From: an uncultured bacterium
GTDB lineage: Bacteria; Chloroflexota; UBA5177; JANWHV01
Length of the DNA stretch: 64,000 bases
Assembly: GCA_963729625.1 (NCBI GenBank)
Contig: CAVSOU010000010.1
Coordinates: forward strand, 128,001-192,000
Direction of reading: 5' to 3'
Part shown: positions 48,628 to 56,832 of the stretch, in pieces
Numbering within the stretch: the stretch's first letter is position 1
Layout: each line of letters starts with the position of its first letter
The notes under the pieces: model-generated
Seen by the model: the letters and a program-made list of their open reading frames with translations, nothing else
Database searches by the model: none
What the model was told of the DNA's origin: nothing
Made by a program: the position numbers and the translations under genes

Positions 48628-48890
48628 AACAAAAAACACCCAGCCCCAAAGGGCGGGTGCCATCCCGTGGTTCCACCTTTGTTGCCTGCCCAGAAGCGAG
48701 CCACTTATGCGCACCGCATGCGCCGCCCTCAAACCGTGGCGACCGGACGATCCATACGCCGACCAGCGCCGCTCAGGACCGCTGCTCAGGTAGAAGGGCA
48801 CTTCCCCGAGCCGGACTTCAACCGCGCTTTCACCATTCGCGGCTCGCTGGACGGTTGCCGCTCGAGTACTCTTCTTCTACAACGCTGTAC
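48628..48890 (-). ncRNA. T-box riboswitch with a Cys (UGC) specifier, controlling cysE
   Basis: Stem I with AGTA, AGCGA and GGTGAAAG boxes; specifier GAAG-TGC at 48800-48798; T-box AACAAAGGTGGAACCACGG; terminator hairpin plus T tract at 48659-48631. Confidence 0.93.
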
Positions 48891-49034
48891 TCGTAACGTA
48901 CTTGTGGGTTTGTCACTTGTCAAGCGAGTGCGGACATCTCACTCGGGGTCTGCAAATAGTCGTCTGTATAAGGGGCCGTGCCCCTTGCAAGGCTCTGGCC
49001 CGCCACCCTCGCCTGGCGACCCTTCGATGCGCAT

Positions 49035-49063
49035 TTGACCCGCCGCACCGCGGCGTGTAGCAT
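49035..49063 (+). promoter_or_regulatory. Sigma70 promoter implying a leaderless cinA mRNA
   Basis: TTGACC-17 nt-TAGCAT, then 6 nt, then ATG 49070; no SD. Confidence 0.6.
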
Positions 49064-49069
49064 CGCGTC

Positions 49070-49579
49070 ATGATCGATGAAGAGGCCAATCTGCACGAGC
49101 TGGCCGCGGCGGTCGCCGGCGCGGCGATGAGGTCTGCCACAGCCATCTGCACTGCCGAATCCTGCACTGGAGGCGCATTGGCATATCTGCTCGCCCAGGT
49201 GCCGGGCGTGTCGGCGGTGTTCCAGGGCAGTGTTGTCGCGTATGCCAATATCGCGAAGGTCGAGATCCTTGGTGTGCCTGTGTCGGTGCTCGATGCCTAC
49301 GGAGCCGTAAGTGAACAAGTTGCGCGAGCGATGGCCAGGGGCGCGTGCCGCCGTTTGCATGCGTCGGTAGGCGTATCTACCACCGGTATCGCCGGCCCTT
49401 CAGGCGGCACTGACGCAAAACCCGTTGGGCTCGTCTATATCGCCGTCTACGGCCCGGACATCGACGTCGTCACTGAGTTCCGCTTTGCTGGTGGGCGTGC
49501 AGCGGTGATACGTCAGGCAACGCGCGAAGCGTTGCACGGTCTTGAGCGGGCTCTCTCAGCGCGGTCCAATTGTGTTTAG
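49070..49579 (+). CDS. cinA: CinA C-terminal domain protein (PncC-type NMN deamidase)
   Basis: TAESCTGG, GAVSEQVARAMA, STTGIAGPSGG..KPVGLV. Confidence 0.92.
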   Translation: MIDEEANLHELAAAVAGAAMRSATAICTAESCTGGALAYLLAQVPGVSAVFQGSVVAYANIAKVEILGVPVSVLDAYGAVSEQVARAMARGACRRLHASVGVSTTGIAGPSGGTDAKPVGLVYIAVYGPDIDVVTEFRFAGGRAAVIRQATREALHGLERALSARSNCV

Positions 49580-49590
49580 GGCTGAGGCCA

Positions 49591-49619
49591 TGGTATCATA
49601 GATTCTAGAACGCACGTTC
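49591..49619 (+). promoter_or_regulatory. recA promoter (extended -10 TGGTATCAT) with LexA box GAAC-GCAC-GTTC
   Basis: Perfect GAAC-N4-GTTC at 49608-49619, just downstream of the -10 and upstream of the recA SD. Confidence 0.85.
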
Positions 49620-49637
49620 AAGGAAAGGTAAGAATAC

Positions 49638-50675
49638 GTGGCCGTTGCAACTCAGCAATCGGATCGCGACAAGGCACTCGAAACAGCCATGGCCCAGATT
49701 GACCGCCAGTTTGGCAAGGGTGCGATCATGCGCCTTGGCGAAGTCACCAAGATGAATATCGAGGCCATACCGACCGGGTCGATCGCACTCGACCTCAGCC
49801 TTGGCATCGGTGGCGTTCCGCGTGGGCGCATTATCGAAATCTTTGGCCCTGAGTCTTCTGGAAAAACGACATTGGCCCAGCACATCCTGGCAGAATCACA
49901 GCGGATGGGTGGCGTTGTTGCCTATGTCGACGCCGAACACGCGCTCGATCCGCAATACGCAGCGCGATGCGGCGTCAATGTGAATGACATGCTCATCTCG
50001 CAACCAGATACCGGTGAACAGGCTCTCGAGATCGTGGACGTGCTGGTTCGTAGCGGCGCAGTCGACGCAATCGTTGTTGATTCGGTTGCCGCGCTCGTGA
50101 CCCGCGCTGAGATCGAAGGCGATATGGGCGACGCGCACGTGGGCTCACAAGCGCGCCTGATGTCCCAGGCGTTGCGGAAGCTGGCCGCCGCCATCAGCAA
50201 GTCGAACAGCCTCGTGATTTTCATCAATCAGTTGCGCGAAAAGATTGGCGTCGTGTATGGCAATCCCGAAACTACGCCTGGAGGCAAGGCGTTGAAGTTC
50301 TACGCTTCTGTCCGTCTGGATATTCGTGCAATCGACCAGATCAAGCAGGGAACTGAGTCAATAGGCAGGCGCGTGCGCGTCAAGATCGTCAAGAACAAGG
50401 TCGCTCCCCCGTTCCGCGTCGCGGAGTTTGATCTCATGTACAACGAGGGGATTTCCAAGGAAGGTGGACTCCTGGACGTTGGCCTCGAGCTTGGCATCCT
50501 GAAGAAGAGCGGCGCCTTCTACTCCTTTGGCGACACAAAGCTTGGCCAGGGGCGGGAGAACGCCAAGGAGTTTCTCCGGCAGAATCAGGACATGCGAGAC
50601 GAAATCGATCGCCTGATTCGCGCCAACGTGGCGAATTTCCACGCGCCTCTGATCCCTGACACTTTGACCGACTGA
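49638..50675 (+). CDS. recA: Recombinase RecA
   Basis: [38 protein letters not shown]. Confidence 0.99.
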   Translation: MAVATQQSDRDKALETAMAQIDRQFGKGAIMRLGEVTKMNIEAIPTGSIALDLSLGIGGVPRGRIIEIFGPESSGKTTLAQHILAESQRMGGVVAYVDAEHALDPQYAARCGVNVNDMLISQPDTGEQALEIVDVLVRSGAVDAIVVDSVAALVTRAEIEGDMGDAHVGSQARLMSQALRKLAAAISKSNSLVIFINQLREKIGVVYGNPETTPGGKALKFYASVRLDIRAIDQIKQGTESIGRRVRVKIVKNKVAPPFRVAEFDLMYNEGISKEGGLLDVGLELGILKKSGAFYSFGDTKLGQGRENAKEFLRQNQDMRDEIDRLIRANVANFHAPLIPDTLTD

Positions 50676-50845
50676 CGCTGCGCTCGGCCGAGCAGGTGCT
50701 CGAAGCGATCGAGTGCAGAGACCCGCATTCGCGCTGGGCGCGCTGCACTGGCGGCAGCACGTGTGGCGCCTGACAGGCATGCCTCGCGACGTGTGCCTGC
50801 ACTTCAATTCGCTGTGATGCCCGGTCGCATGCTACCTTTGTGTGC

Positions 50846-53104
50846 GTGAACAATGATGTGCTCGGCGGACGATATCGCCTGATCCGCATATTGGGCGAGG
50901 GCGGGATGGCCCGTGTGCACGAGGCCGAAGACCTTCGTCTTGGGCGACGTGTGGCAGTCAAGATCCTGCTTCCGCAATTCACCGCCGATGCGGAGTTCCT
51001 GCGGCGCTTCCAGCAGGAGGCTCGTCTGGCCGCGAGCCTCTCGCATCCAAACGTCGTGGGCGTGTACGACGTTGGGCAGGACGGCTCATCGAACTACATT
51101 GTCATGGAGTTGGTCGACGGTGAGACGCTCAAGGAGAAGATCCAGAAGACGGGGCCGTTGCCGGTAACCGAGGCACTTCGTATCGCCCTAGAAGTGTGCG
51201 CGGCGCTCAGTGCGGCGCACGCTCGGAGCCTTATCCATCGCGATATCAAGCCGCAGAACATACTCCTAACGGAGAATGGCCAGGTCAAGGTTGCCGATTT
51301 CGGCATTGCGCGCAGAACAAGCAGCTCGACCATAACACAAACTGGGACGGTCCTGGGCTCGGTACACTACCTTTCGCCGGAACAGGCTACCGGACAGGAG
51401 GCAGGCCCCCGAGCTGACCTCTACGCGCTTGGCGTCACCCTGTTTGAGATGCTCACAGGGCGTCTGCCGTTCAACGCCGAGAACCCGGTCGCAGTGGCCA
51501 TGCAGCACGTCCAAAGTGCACCCCCCTTGCCGCGACAGTTCAATCGGTCCATTCCGCCTGCCCTGGAAGCGCTGGTTCTTCGGCTCCTCGCTAAGAATCC
51601 AGCCGAGCGCTTTCCAGACGCGTCTGCTGTTGCTGAGGCGCTGCGAGGCATTCTCGGTCATGCAGCGGGCAGCACACGAATGATGCGACCAGTAGTCGCT
51701 CCGAGTGTTCCGCAGCCCGAGGTGAGCTTGACTCCGGAGCTGAAGCAAGGGGTCACAGGCACGCGGGTGATGCCGGTAACTGCCGCGCCCGCCTCCGTGA
51801 CAATGCTTCAGGCTGAAGCATCGTCCAGTGCGGCGCGGCGACCAGCCAGAAGCGGTAGGCGGTCCGTGCTCATTGGGTCCGGATTCGGCGCCGCTGCCGC
51901 GCTGGCGATCGTCATTGTCCTCGCCCTCCTTGCATCCGGTGGCTCGCCCAGCCTTAGCGGCATAGCGCACCTGGCGGCGACGCCCACGCGTACGCCAACT
52001 TTGGTGCCTCGGCCCACGGCGACACACAGGCCATCCGCGACGCGGACTGCTACGAGCACTGCCGCTCCGTCCACCGCGACTGCGTCGGCCACACCAGGTG
52101 CATCAATGACGTTCACCCCTGTGCTGTACATGCTTGCCACCGCGTCGGTGAGATTCACGCCGACATTGACACCCGTTCCGCCCAGTCCGACCGTGACGGA
52201 CACGCCCATTCCGACGGTCACGCGCACCTGGACGGCCACGCCGACCACCACCAATACGCCCACCGTCACGCTGACGCGTACTTTCACGCGTACGCCGACC
52301 GCGACGGACACGCCGACTAACACCCCGACACACACGCCCACTGTTCCACCCACAAGAACATCGACGCCCCTGCCGACTGACACTCCAACGGCGAGTCCAA
52401 CTCCGACGGACACTCCAACGGCGATTCCAACGGCGACTGAGGCGCCCGCTACGCCAACAACTGCGCCCCCGACGCCAACAACTGAGCCCGCTACACTTGC
52501 GCCTGATACGCCGACTTTGTCGATACTTTCCACAGTGTCACCAACCAGTGCTGCTGGTCCTCCCGAGAGTTCACCAACTTCTCTGGTCAGTCCGGTCGCT
52601 AGCTCTCCAACCGCGGCGAGCGGTCCCTCTGCTGGCTCGGCAACCCCGGCAGTTAGCCCAGCGGCGGGCTCACCGACTTCGGTGGGCAGCCCCGGGTCCG
52701 GCACCGCCGCGGTCGAGTCTGTATCACCGTCTGGGACCCCGGCAGTCGAGGCTGTAACGCCCTCTGGGAGCTCGGGGGTTGAGTCGGCAACTCCGTCTGG
52801 GACCCCGGCAGTCGAGGCTGTAACGCCCTCTGGGAGCTCGGCGGTTGAGTCCGCCACTCCGTCTGGGAGCTCGGCGGTTGAGTCCGCCACTCCGTCTGGG
52901 AGCTCGGCGGTTGAGTCCGCAACTCCGTCTGGGAGCCCGGAGGCTGAGTCCGCAACCCCGTCCGGGAGCCCGGCGGTTGAGTCCGCAACTCCTTCCAGCA
53001 GCCCTGCTCCGCTATCGACGATCGGGTCGGCTACGCCCGCGCCCAACTCGACGACTGCAGGATCGTCGGTCGTTGTCACGCCCACGGCTACTTTTGTCGG
53101 TTGA
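50846..53104 (+). CDS. Hanks-type Ser/Thr protein kinase with one TM helix and a Thr/Pro/Ser-rich ectodomain (no PASTA domains)
   Basis: GEGGMA, VAVK, HRDIKPQN, DFG, SPEQ; TM segment AAAALAIVIVLALLA. Confidence 0.93.
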   Translation: MNNDVLGGRYRLIRILGEGGMARVHEAEDLRLGRRVAVKILLPQFTADAEFLRRFQQEARLAASLSHPNVVGVYDVGQDGSSNYIVMELVDGETLKEKIQKTGPLPVTEALRIALEVCAALSAAHARSLIHRDIKPQNILLTENGQVKVADFGIARRTSSSTITQTGTVLGSVHYLSPEQATGQEAGPRADLYALGVTLFEMLTGRLPFNAENPVAVAMQHVQSAPPLPRQFNRSIPPALEALVLRLLAKNPAERFPDASAVAEALRGILGHAAGSTRMMRPVVAPSVPQPEVSLTPELKQGVTGTRVMPVTAAPASVTMLQAEASSSAARRPARSGRRSVLIGSGFGAAAALAIVIVLALLASGGSPSLSGIAHLAATPTRTPTLVPRPTATHRPSATRTATSTAAPSTATASATPGASMTFTPVLYMLATASVRFTPTLTPVPPSPTVTDTPIPTVTRTWTATPTTTNTPTVTLTRTFTRTPTATDTPTNTPTHTPTVPPTRTSTPLPTDTPTASPTPTDTPTAIPTATEAPATPTTAPPTPTTEPATLAPDTPTLSILSTVSPTSAAGPPESSPTSLVSPVASSPTAASGPSAGSATPAVSPAAGSPTSVGSPGSGTAAVESVSPSGTPAVEAVTPSGSSGVESATPSGTPAVEAVTPSGSSAVESATPSGSSAVESATPSGSSAVESATPSGSPEAESATPSGSPAVESATPSSSPAPLSTIGSATPAPNSTTAGSSVVVTPTATFVG
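52709..53005 (+). repeat. Nine tandem 33-bp (11-aa) repeats, consensus AVESATPSGS(S/P)
   Basis: Unit GCGGTTGAGTCCGCCACTCCGTCTGGGAGCTCG, with identical and diverged copies. Confidence 0.92.
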
Positions 53105-53176
53105 CGAGAGGGCTGTGACGCGAGTTACGGCTATGATAGGTATCGCGCTGCACCACGTCCCCGCGCGTGCCAGCGT

Positions 53177-54271
53177 TCAGCGCGCTCGCACATACTGCAT
53201 GTGCGTGACCTGTCGCACGATGCCCCGCAGCTCGAGCATTGCCAGTGTGCTGCTTACCACACTGATCGGGAGGTCACTCGCCCTCGTCAAGCTGTCCACG
53301 TGCACGGGCTCGCTCCCGAGGAGACCAAGGAGAGTCTCCTCGGTACCATCGTGAGCCAGCACCAATTCCATGGCCAATTGCTGTGGCGCTGACTCGAGAT
53401 GAAGCTCCTCAAGAATATCTTCCACAGAGACGACGAGCTTGGCCTCGCCGCGGCTAATCAGGCGGTTTGTTCCCGCCGACCGTGGCGCAAACATGCTCCC
53501 GGGAACGGCGAACACTTCGCGGTTTTGTTCGCAAGCCCGCGCTGCAGTAATCAAAGCTCCGCTCGCATCGCCGGCTTCCACAACGAGCGTACCCAGGCTG
53601 AGACCGGATATCACCCGATTGCGCATGGGAAAATTCGGCGCGTCTGGTTTTGTCCCGAGCGGGAACTCAGAGATGATGGCGCCGTGTCGCGTGATATCGA
53701 GTGCGAGCGATCTGTGCTCCGATGGATAGATGATGTCGACTCCGCAGCCCAACACCGCGATGGTTCGCCCGCCGGCGTCGATGGCGGATCGATGCGCCAC
53801 CGCATCAACTCCTCGGGCAAGGCCGCTCACGATGGTCACACCATTTCTGACCAGGCCTTCCACCAGGTGAGCCGTGGCCTGACGCCCGTAACTTGTGACA
53901 TTGCGGCTGCCGACAACTGCTATCGCGACCTCATCGTGTGGGGAGAGAGCACCGATCACGTGAAGCGCTGCCGGCGCGCCGTCCACCGTTCGAAGCAGCG
54001 CCGGATAGTCGTGGTCACCCATAGTTACGAAGTCGGCTCCCGACCGGGCCAATCGCTCTCGCTCGGCTACTGGATCGAGAAGCGGTCTTTCGCGAATGGC
54101 AGCCTCAACAGTGCGCTGATCGAGGCCGGCGGACAGGAGATCGTGGGGTGTCGCCTTCCAGGCGCGTTCCATGTCGCCGAAATACTCCCACAGTCGCCGC
54201 AGGCGGGCGGCGCCAATGCCGCTGATCTTGCTCCACGCTATCCATTGGCCGGCGTCGCACCGCGTCTCCAC
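53177..54271 (-). CDS. dprA: DNA-processing protein DprA
   Basis: AVVGSR, VSGLARGVD, FPMRNRVISGLS, SGALITA, C-terminal winged helix. Confidence 0.96.
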   Translation of the reverse strand: METRCDAGQWIAWSKISGIGAARLRRLWEYFGDMERAWKATPHDLLSAGLDQRTVEAAIRERPLLDPVAERERLARSGADFVTMGDHDYPALLRTVDGAPAALHVIGALSPHDEVAIAVVGSRNVTSYGRQATAHLVEGLVRNGVTIVSGLARGVDAVAHRSAIDAGGRTIAVLGCGVDIIYPSEHRSLALDITRHGAIISEFPLGTKPDAPNFPMRNRVISGLSLGTLVVEAGDASGALITAARACEQNREVFAVPGSMFAPRSAGTNRLISRGEAKLVVSVEDILEELHLESAPQQLAMELVLAHDGTEETLLGLLGSEPVHVDSLTRASDLPISVVSSTLAMLELRGIVRQVTHMQYVRAR

Positions 54272-54273
54272 TT

Positions 54274-54729
54274 TCAGTCGACGTGGCTCAGCGCCAACGC
54301 GATGTCTCGCAAGCGCGATTCGAGCGCTCGAAGACTGGCATCCTGCAGGCTCACGTGTCGCAAGAACTCAGCCCGCTCTTGCGGCTTCAGTACGGCTGCC
54401 GGAACCATGTTGATCTTCTTGGGGGCGTTCCGCAGGTAGTCGCGAAGCACGGCGACCCGTGGAAGCTCCTCGGTGACAGCGATCGCTGCTTCTGCCCGCC
54501 GCCCGTCGAACGCGTGTTCAAGGAGGCGCCTTACCCGTTCGGCAGCCTTGATCCAGTCGGCGAAGCTCCGACCCGTCGCGTTCTTGATGTCCTTCTCGAC
54601 GAAGCCGCGAGCAAAGAATCCGAGGCCGCTCACCTTGGACTGGATTGTTCGAAGTTGCTGCTCCATGTCGGAAAGCGCAGCCACTGCGCCTTCAAGGTTG
54701 GTCTCCACGTCATCACGCTCGCTCGCCAT
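54274..54729 (-). CDS. Hypothetical all-helical protein just upstream of dprA
   Basis: GAGGGAGAG SD before ATG 54729; stop lies 2 nt before the dprA start. Confidence 0.7.
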   Translation of the reverse strand: MASERDDVETNLEGAVAALSDMEQQLRTIQSKVSGLGFFARGFVEKDIKNATGRSFADWIKAAERVRRLLEHAFDGRRAEAAIAVTEELPRVAVLRDYLRNAPKKINMVPAAVLKPQERAEFLRHVSLQDASLRALESRLRDIALALSHVD

Positions 54730-54941
54730 GCTGAAGCTCTCCCTCGTCCGACGGTCCCAGTGATTATAGCTTACCTTAGCTCCTCCCCTTGCGGTGCGTG
54801 GGCACTGGCCGTACAATCCGTGGTATCGGGCGTCTTTCTACCATATATCTGTACATAACGATTTCATCGCTTTCCGGCACCGATGTGGCCGGAGTCCGCG
54901 GTGCGGTTACGTGACGAGTCCGTCGTAGAATTAGGATCCTT

Positions 54942-56645
54942 GTGCAGGCAACGAGTTCAGTTTGGGTCAATCCGCAGCATAGCGGCTCGGCGGTGCAGCT
55001 GCAGCAGCTCCGCGACATCGCCCCTCCTATCGTGGCGCAGATTCTCTTGGCTCGCGGCGTATCGGCGGCTCACGCGCAAGCGCTCTTGGGGCCGGGCGGC
55101 GGCGCCATCCACGATTCCAGCAGACTGCAGGATGTAGATAGAGCAGTCGATAGGCTTGTACGGGCACAAGCCGCTGGCGAAAAGGTCGCGGTCTATGGGG
55201 ATTCAGATGTAGACGGAATTGCGTCGGTGGCCGTGCTGGTCGAGGCGCTGAGCGCCGTTGGCATCGTGACGCTTCCATACGTGCCGAACCGATTAGAGGA
55301 GACCATAGGCGTTCACGTCGAGCCACTGCTGCGATTCGTCGATCAGGGTGTTACACTCGTGGTCACGGCAGATTGCAGTGTCACGAGCGAGTCCGTGGTC
55401 GCGCGATTTCTCGCGGCAGGATTGGAATTTCTTGTCACTGACCACCATGCGCCATGCCTTGTCCTGCCAGGCGTGACTGCTGTTGTCAATCCGCAGCGTG
55501 CAGATTGCGTTTACCCCTGCAGGGACCTGGCTGGGGTTGGCGTTGCGTTCAAGCTTGTCCAGCGCTTGTTCCAGGTGTTCGGCCTGCCTGATGAGCGCGC
55601 GAAACGGCTGCTCGATTTGGTGGCGCTCGGCACAATCGCGGACATGGTGCCGCTTGTGGGTGAGAATCGCGCCCTTGTATGGCAAGGCCTCAACGTGCTC
55701 AATACCTCAATTCGTCCGGGTCTGCGGTTGCTTGCCTCGCAAACAGGGCTGAGCCCAGGGTCGATCACTTCGACGTCCGTGGGGTGCCGCGTTTGCCCGC
55801 GCCTCAACGCCGCCGGCTTTACGGATGGGGGATCGGTTGCCTACGCGCTGCTGACCGCGCGAACTGAAGAGGACGCAAGAGATGTTGTTTCCACCATAGA
55901 GAAGCGCTTTCTCGACCGCCAGCAATTGGCCAAGAGGGTGCTCGCCGCGTGCATCGAGAGTATTGGACGCGGGCCATCCGCAGCCAGTCCTCTGGTTGTT
56001 GCGAGCATCGATCCGGCCGAAGCGTCCGTTGCAGGCTTTGTCACAGGTAAGCTGGTTGAGACATACGGTGGCGCGGCAATGGTGCTGCATCAAAGCGGCG
56101 AAATGGTGCGTGGGACAATGCGCGCAGCATCGCCTGGCTCCGTGGTCGACGCCCTGATTGCCCACAGGGACTTGCTCGACCAGTTTGGCGGTCATGCGCA
56201 GGCCGCCGGCTTCACGGCGCCTGCCGGTCATGTCCCTGCCTTAATCCCTGGCCTGCGCGAGTATATTGGACGCGCATACGACGACAGACAACTCGCCCCA
56301 TTATTGCGCATCGACGCAGAAGTGACCCCGTATGAGATTGACTGGCAGTTGTACGAGCAGTTGCAGGCACTTGAGCCACACGGTCCGGGCAACGAGAAGC
56401 CTCTTCTGCTCTGCCGGCGGCTTCGCGTTCACGACTACCGCCGCGTTGGAGCGAATCATCTGCAGATGACGCTGCGACGCGGAACCGTGATGCTGCAGGC
56501 CATTGCATATGGGCATGCCGCCGTTGCCGAGTACCTTCGCCGGAATCTCGAGGTCGATATAGTATTCAGCCTGGGTATAGCAGACTGGAACGGCGAGCAC
56601 ACGCTGCAACTCCGCATCTGCGACCTCGTCTTCAACCCAGCCTAG
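54942..56645 (+). CDS. recJ: Single-stranded-DNA-specific exonuclease RecJ
   Basis: GDSDVDG, TDHH, LVALGTIAD, PRLNAAG, FGGHAQAAG, OB-fold C-terminus. Confidence 0.9.
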   Translation: MQATSSVWVNPQHSGSAVQLQQLRDIAPPIVAQILLARGVSAAHAQALLGPGGGAIHDSSRLQDVDRAVDRLVRAQAAGEKVAVYGDSDVDGIASVAVLVEALSAVGIVTLPYVPNRLEETIGVHVEPLLRFVDQGVTLVVTADCSVTSESVVARFLAAGLEFLVTDHHAPCLVLPGVTAVVNPQRADCVYPCRDLAGVGVAFKLVQRLFQVFGLPDERAKRLLDLVALGTIADMVPLVGENRALVWQGLNVLNTSIRPGLRLLASQTGLSPGSITSTSVGCRVCPRLNAAGFTDGGSVAYALLTARTEEDARDVVSTIEKRFLDRQQLAKRVLAACIESIGRGPSAASPLVVASIDPAEASVAGFVTGKLVETYGGAAMVLHQSGEMVRGTMRAASPGSVVDALIAHRDLLDQFGGHAQAAGFTAPAGHVPALIPGLREYIGRAYDDRQLAPLLRIDAEVTPYEIDWQLYEQLQALEPHGPGNEKPLLLCRRLRVHDYRRVGANHLQMTLRRGTVMLQAIAYGHAAVAEYLRRNLEVDIVFSLGIADWNGEHTLQLRICDLVFNPA

Positions 56646-56832
56646 GCAAAGATCGTGGCACCTCGGCGTGCCCGAAGCCGACCAGTGCCGATCCGTATGG
56701 GCTTGGCACGAACTGCAGGGAAACCGCTTACCGGATTTCCCGGATTCGCATGATCACGTCACCACTACCAGGTATACTCTGGTAGAGTGGTGGTTCTCGA
56801 GGTTTTTTGCATTGGCGCTATCAGCACATTCT

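Noticed and set aside
52709-53005. 33-bp repeats as a possible CRISPR array
   Set aside because: The repeats are contiguous with no spacers, in frame within a CDS, and there are no cas genes.
51808-53085. 425-aa minus-strand Val/Gly-rich repeat ORF
   Set aside because: It is the antisense image of the kinase's Thr/Pro repeats.
54942-56645. RecJ as an inactive variant (TADCS and GTMRA deviations)
   Set aside because: The metal-binding DxDG, D, DHH, GTxAD and GGH residues are all retained.
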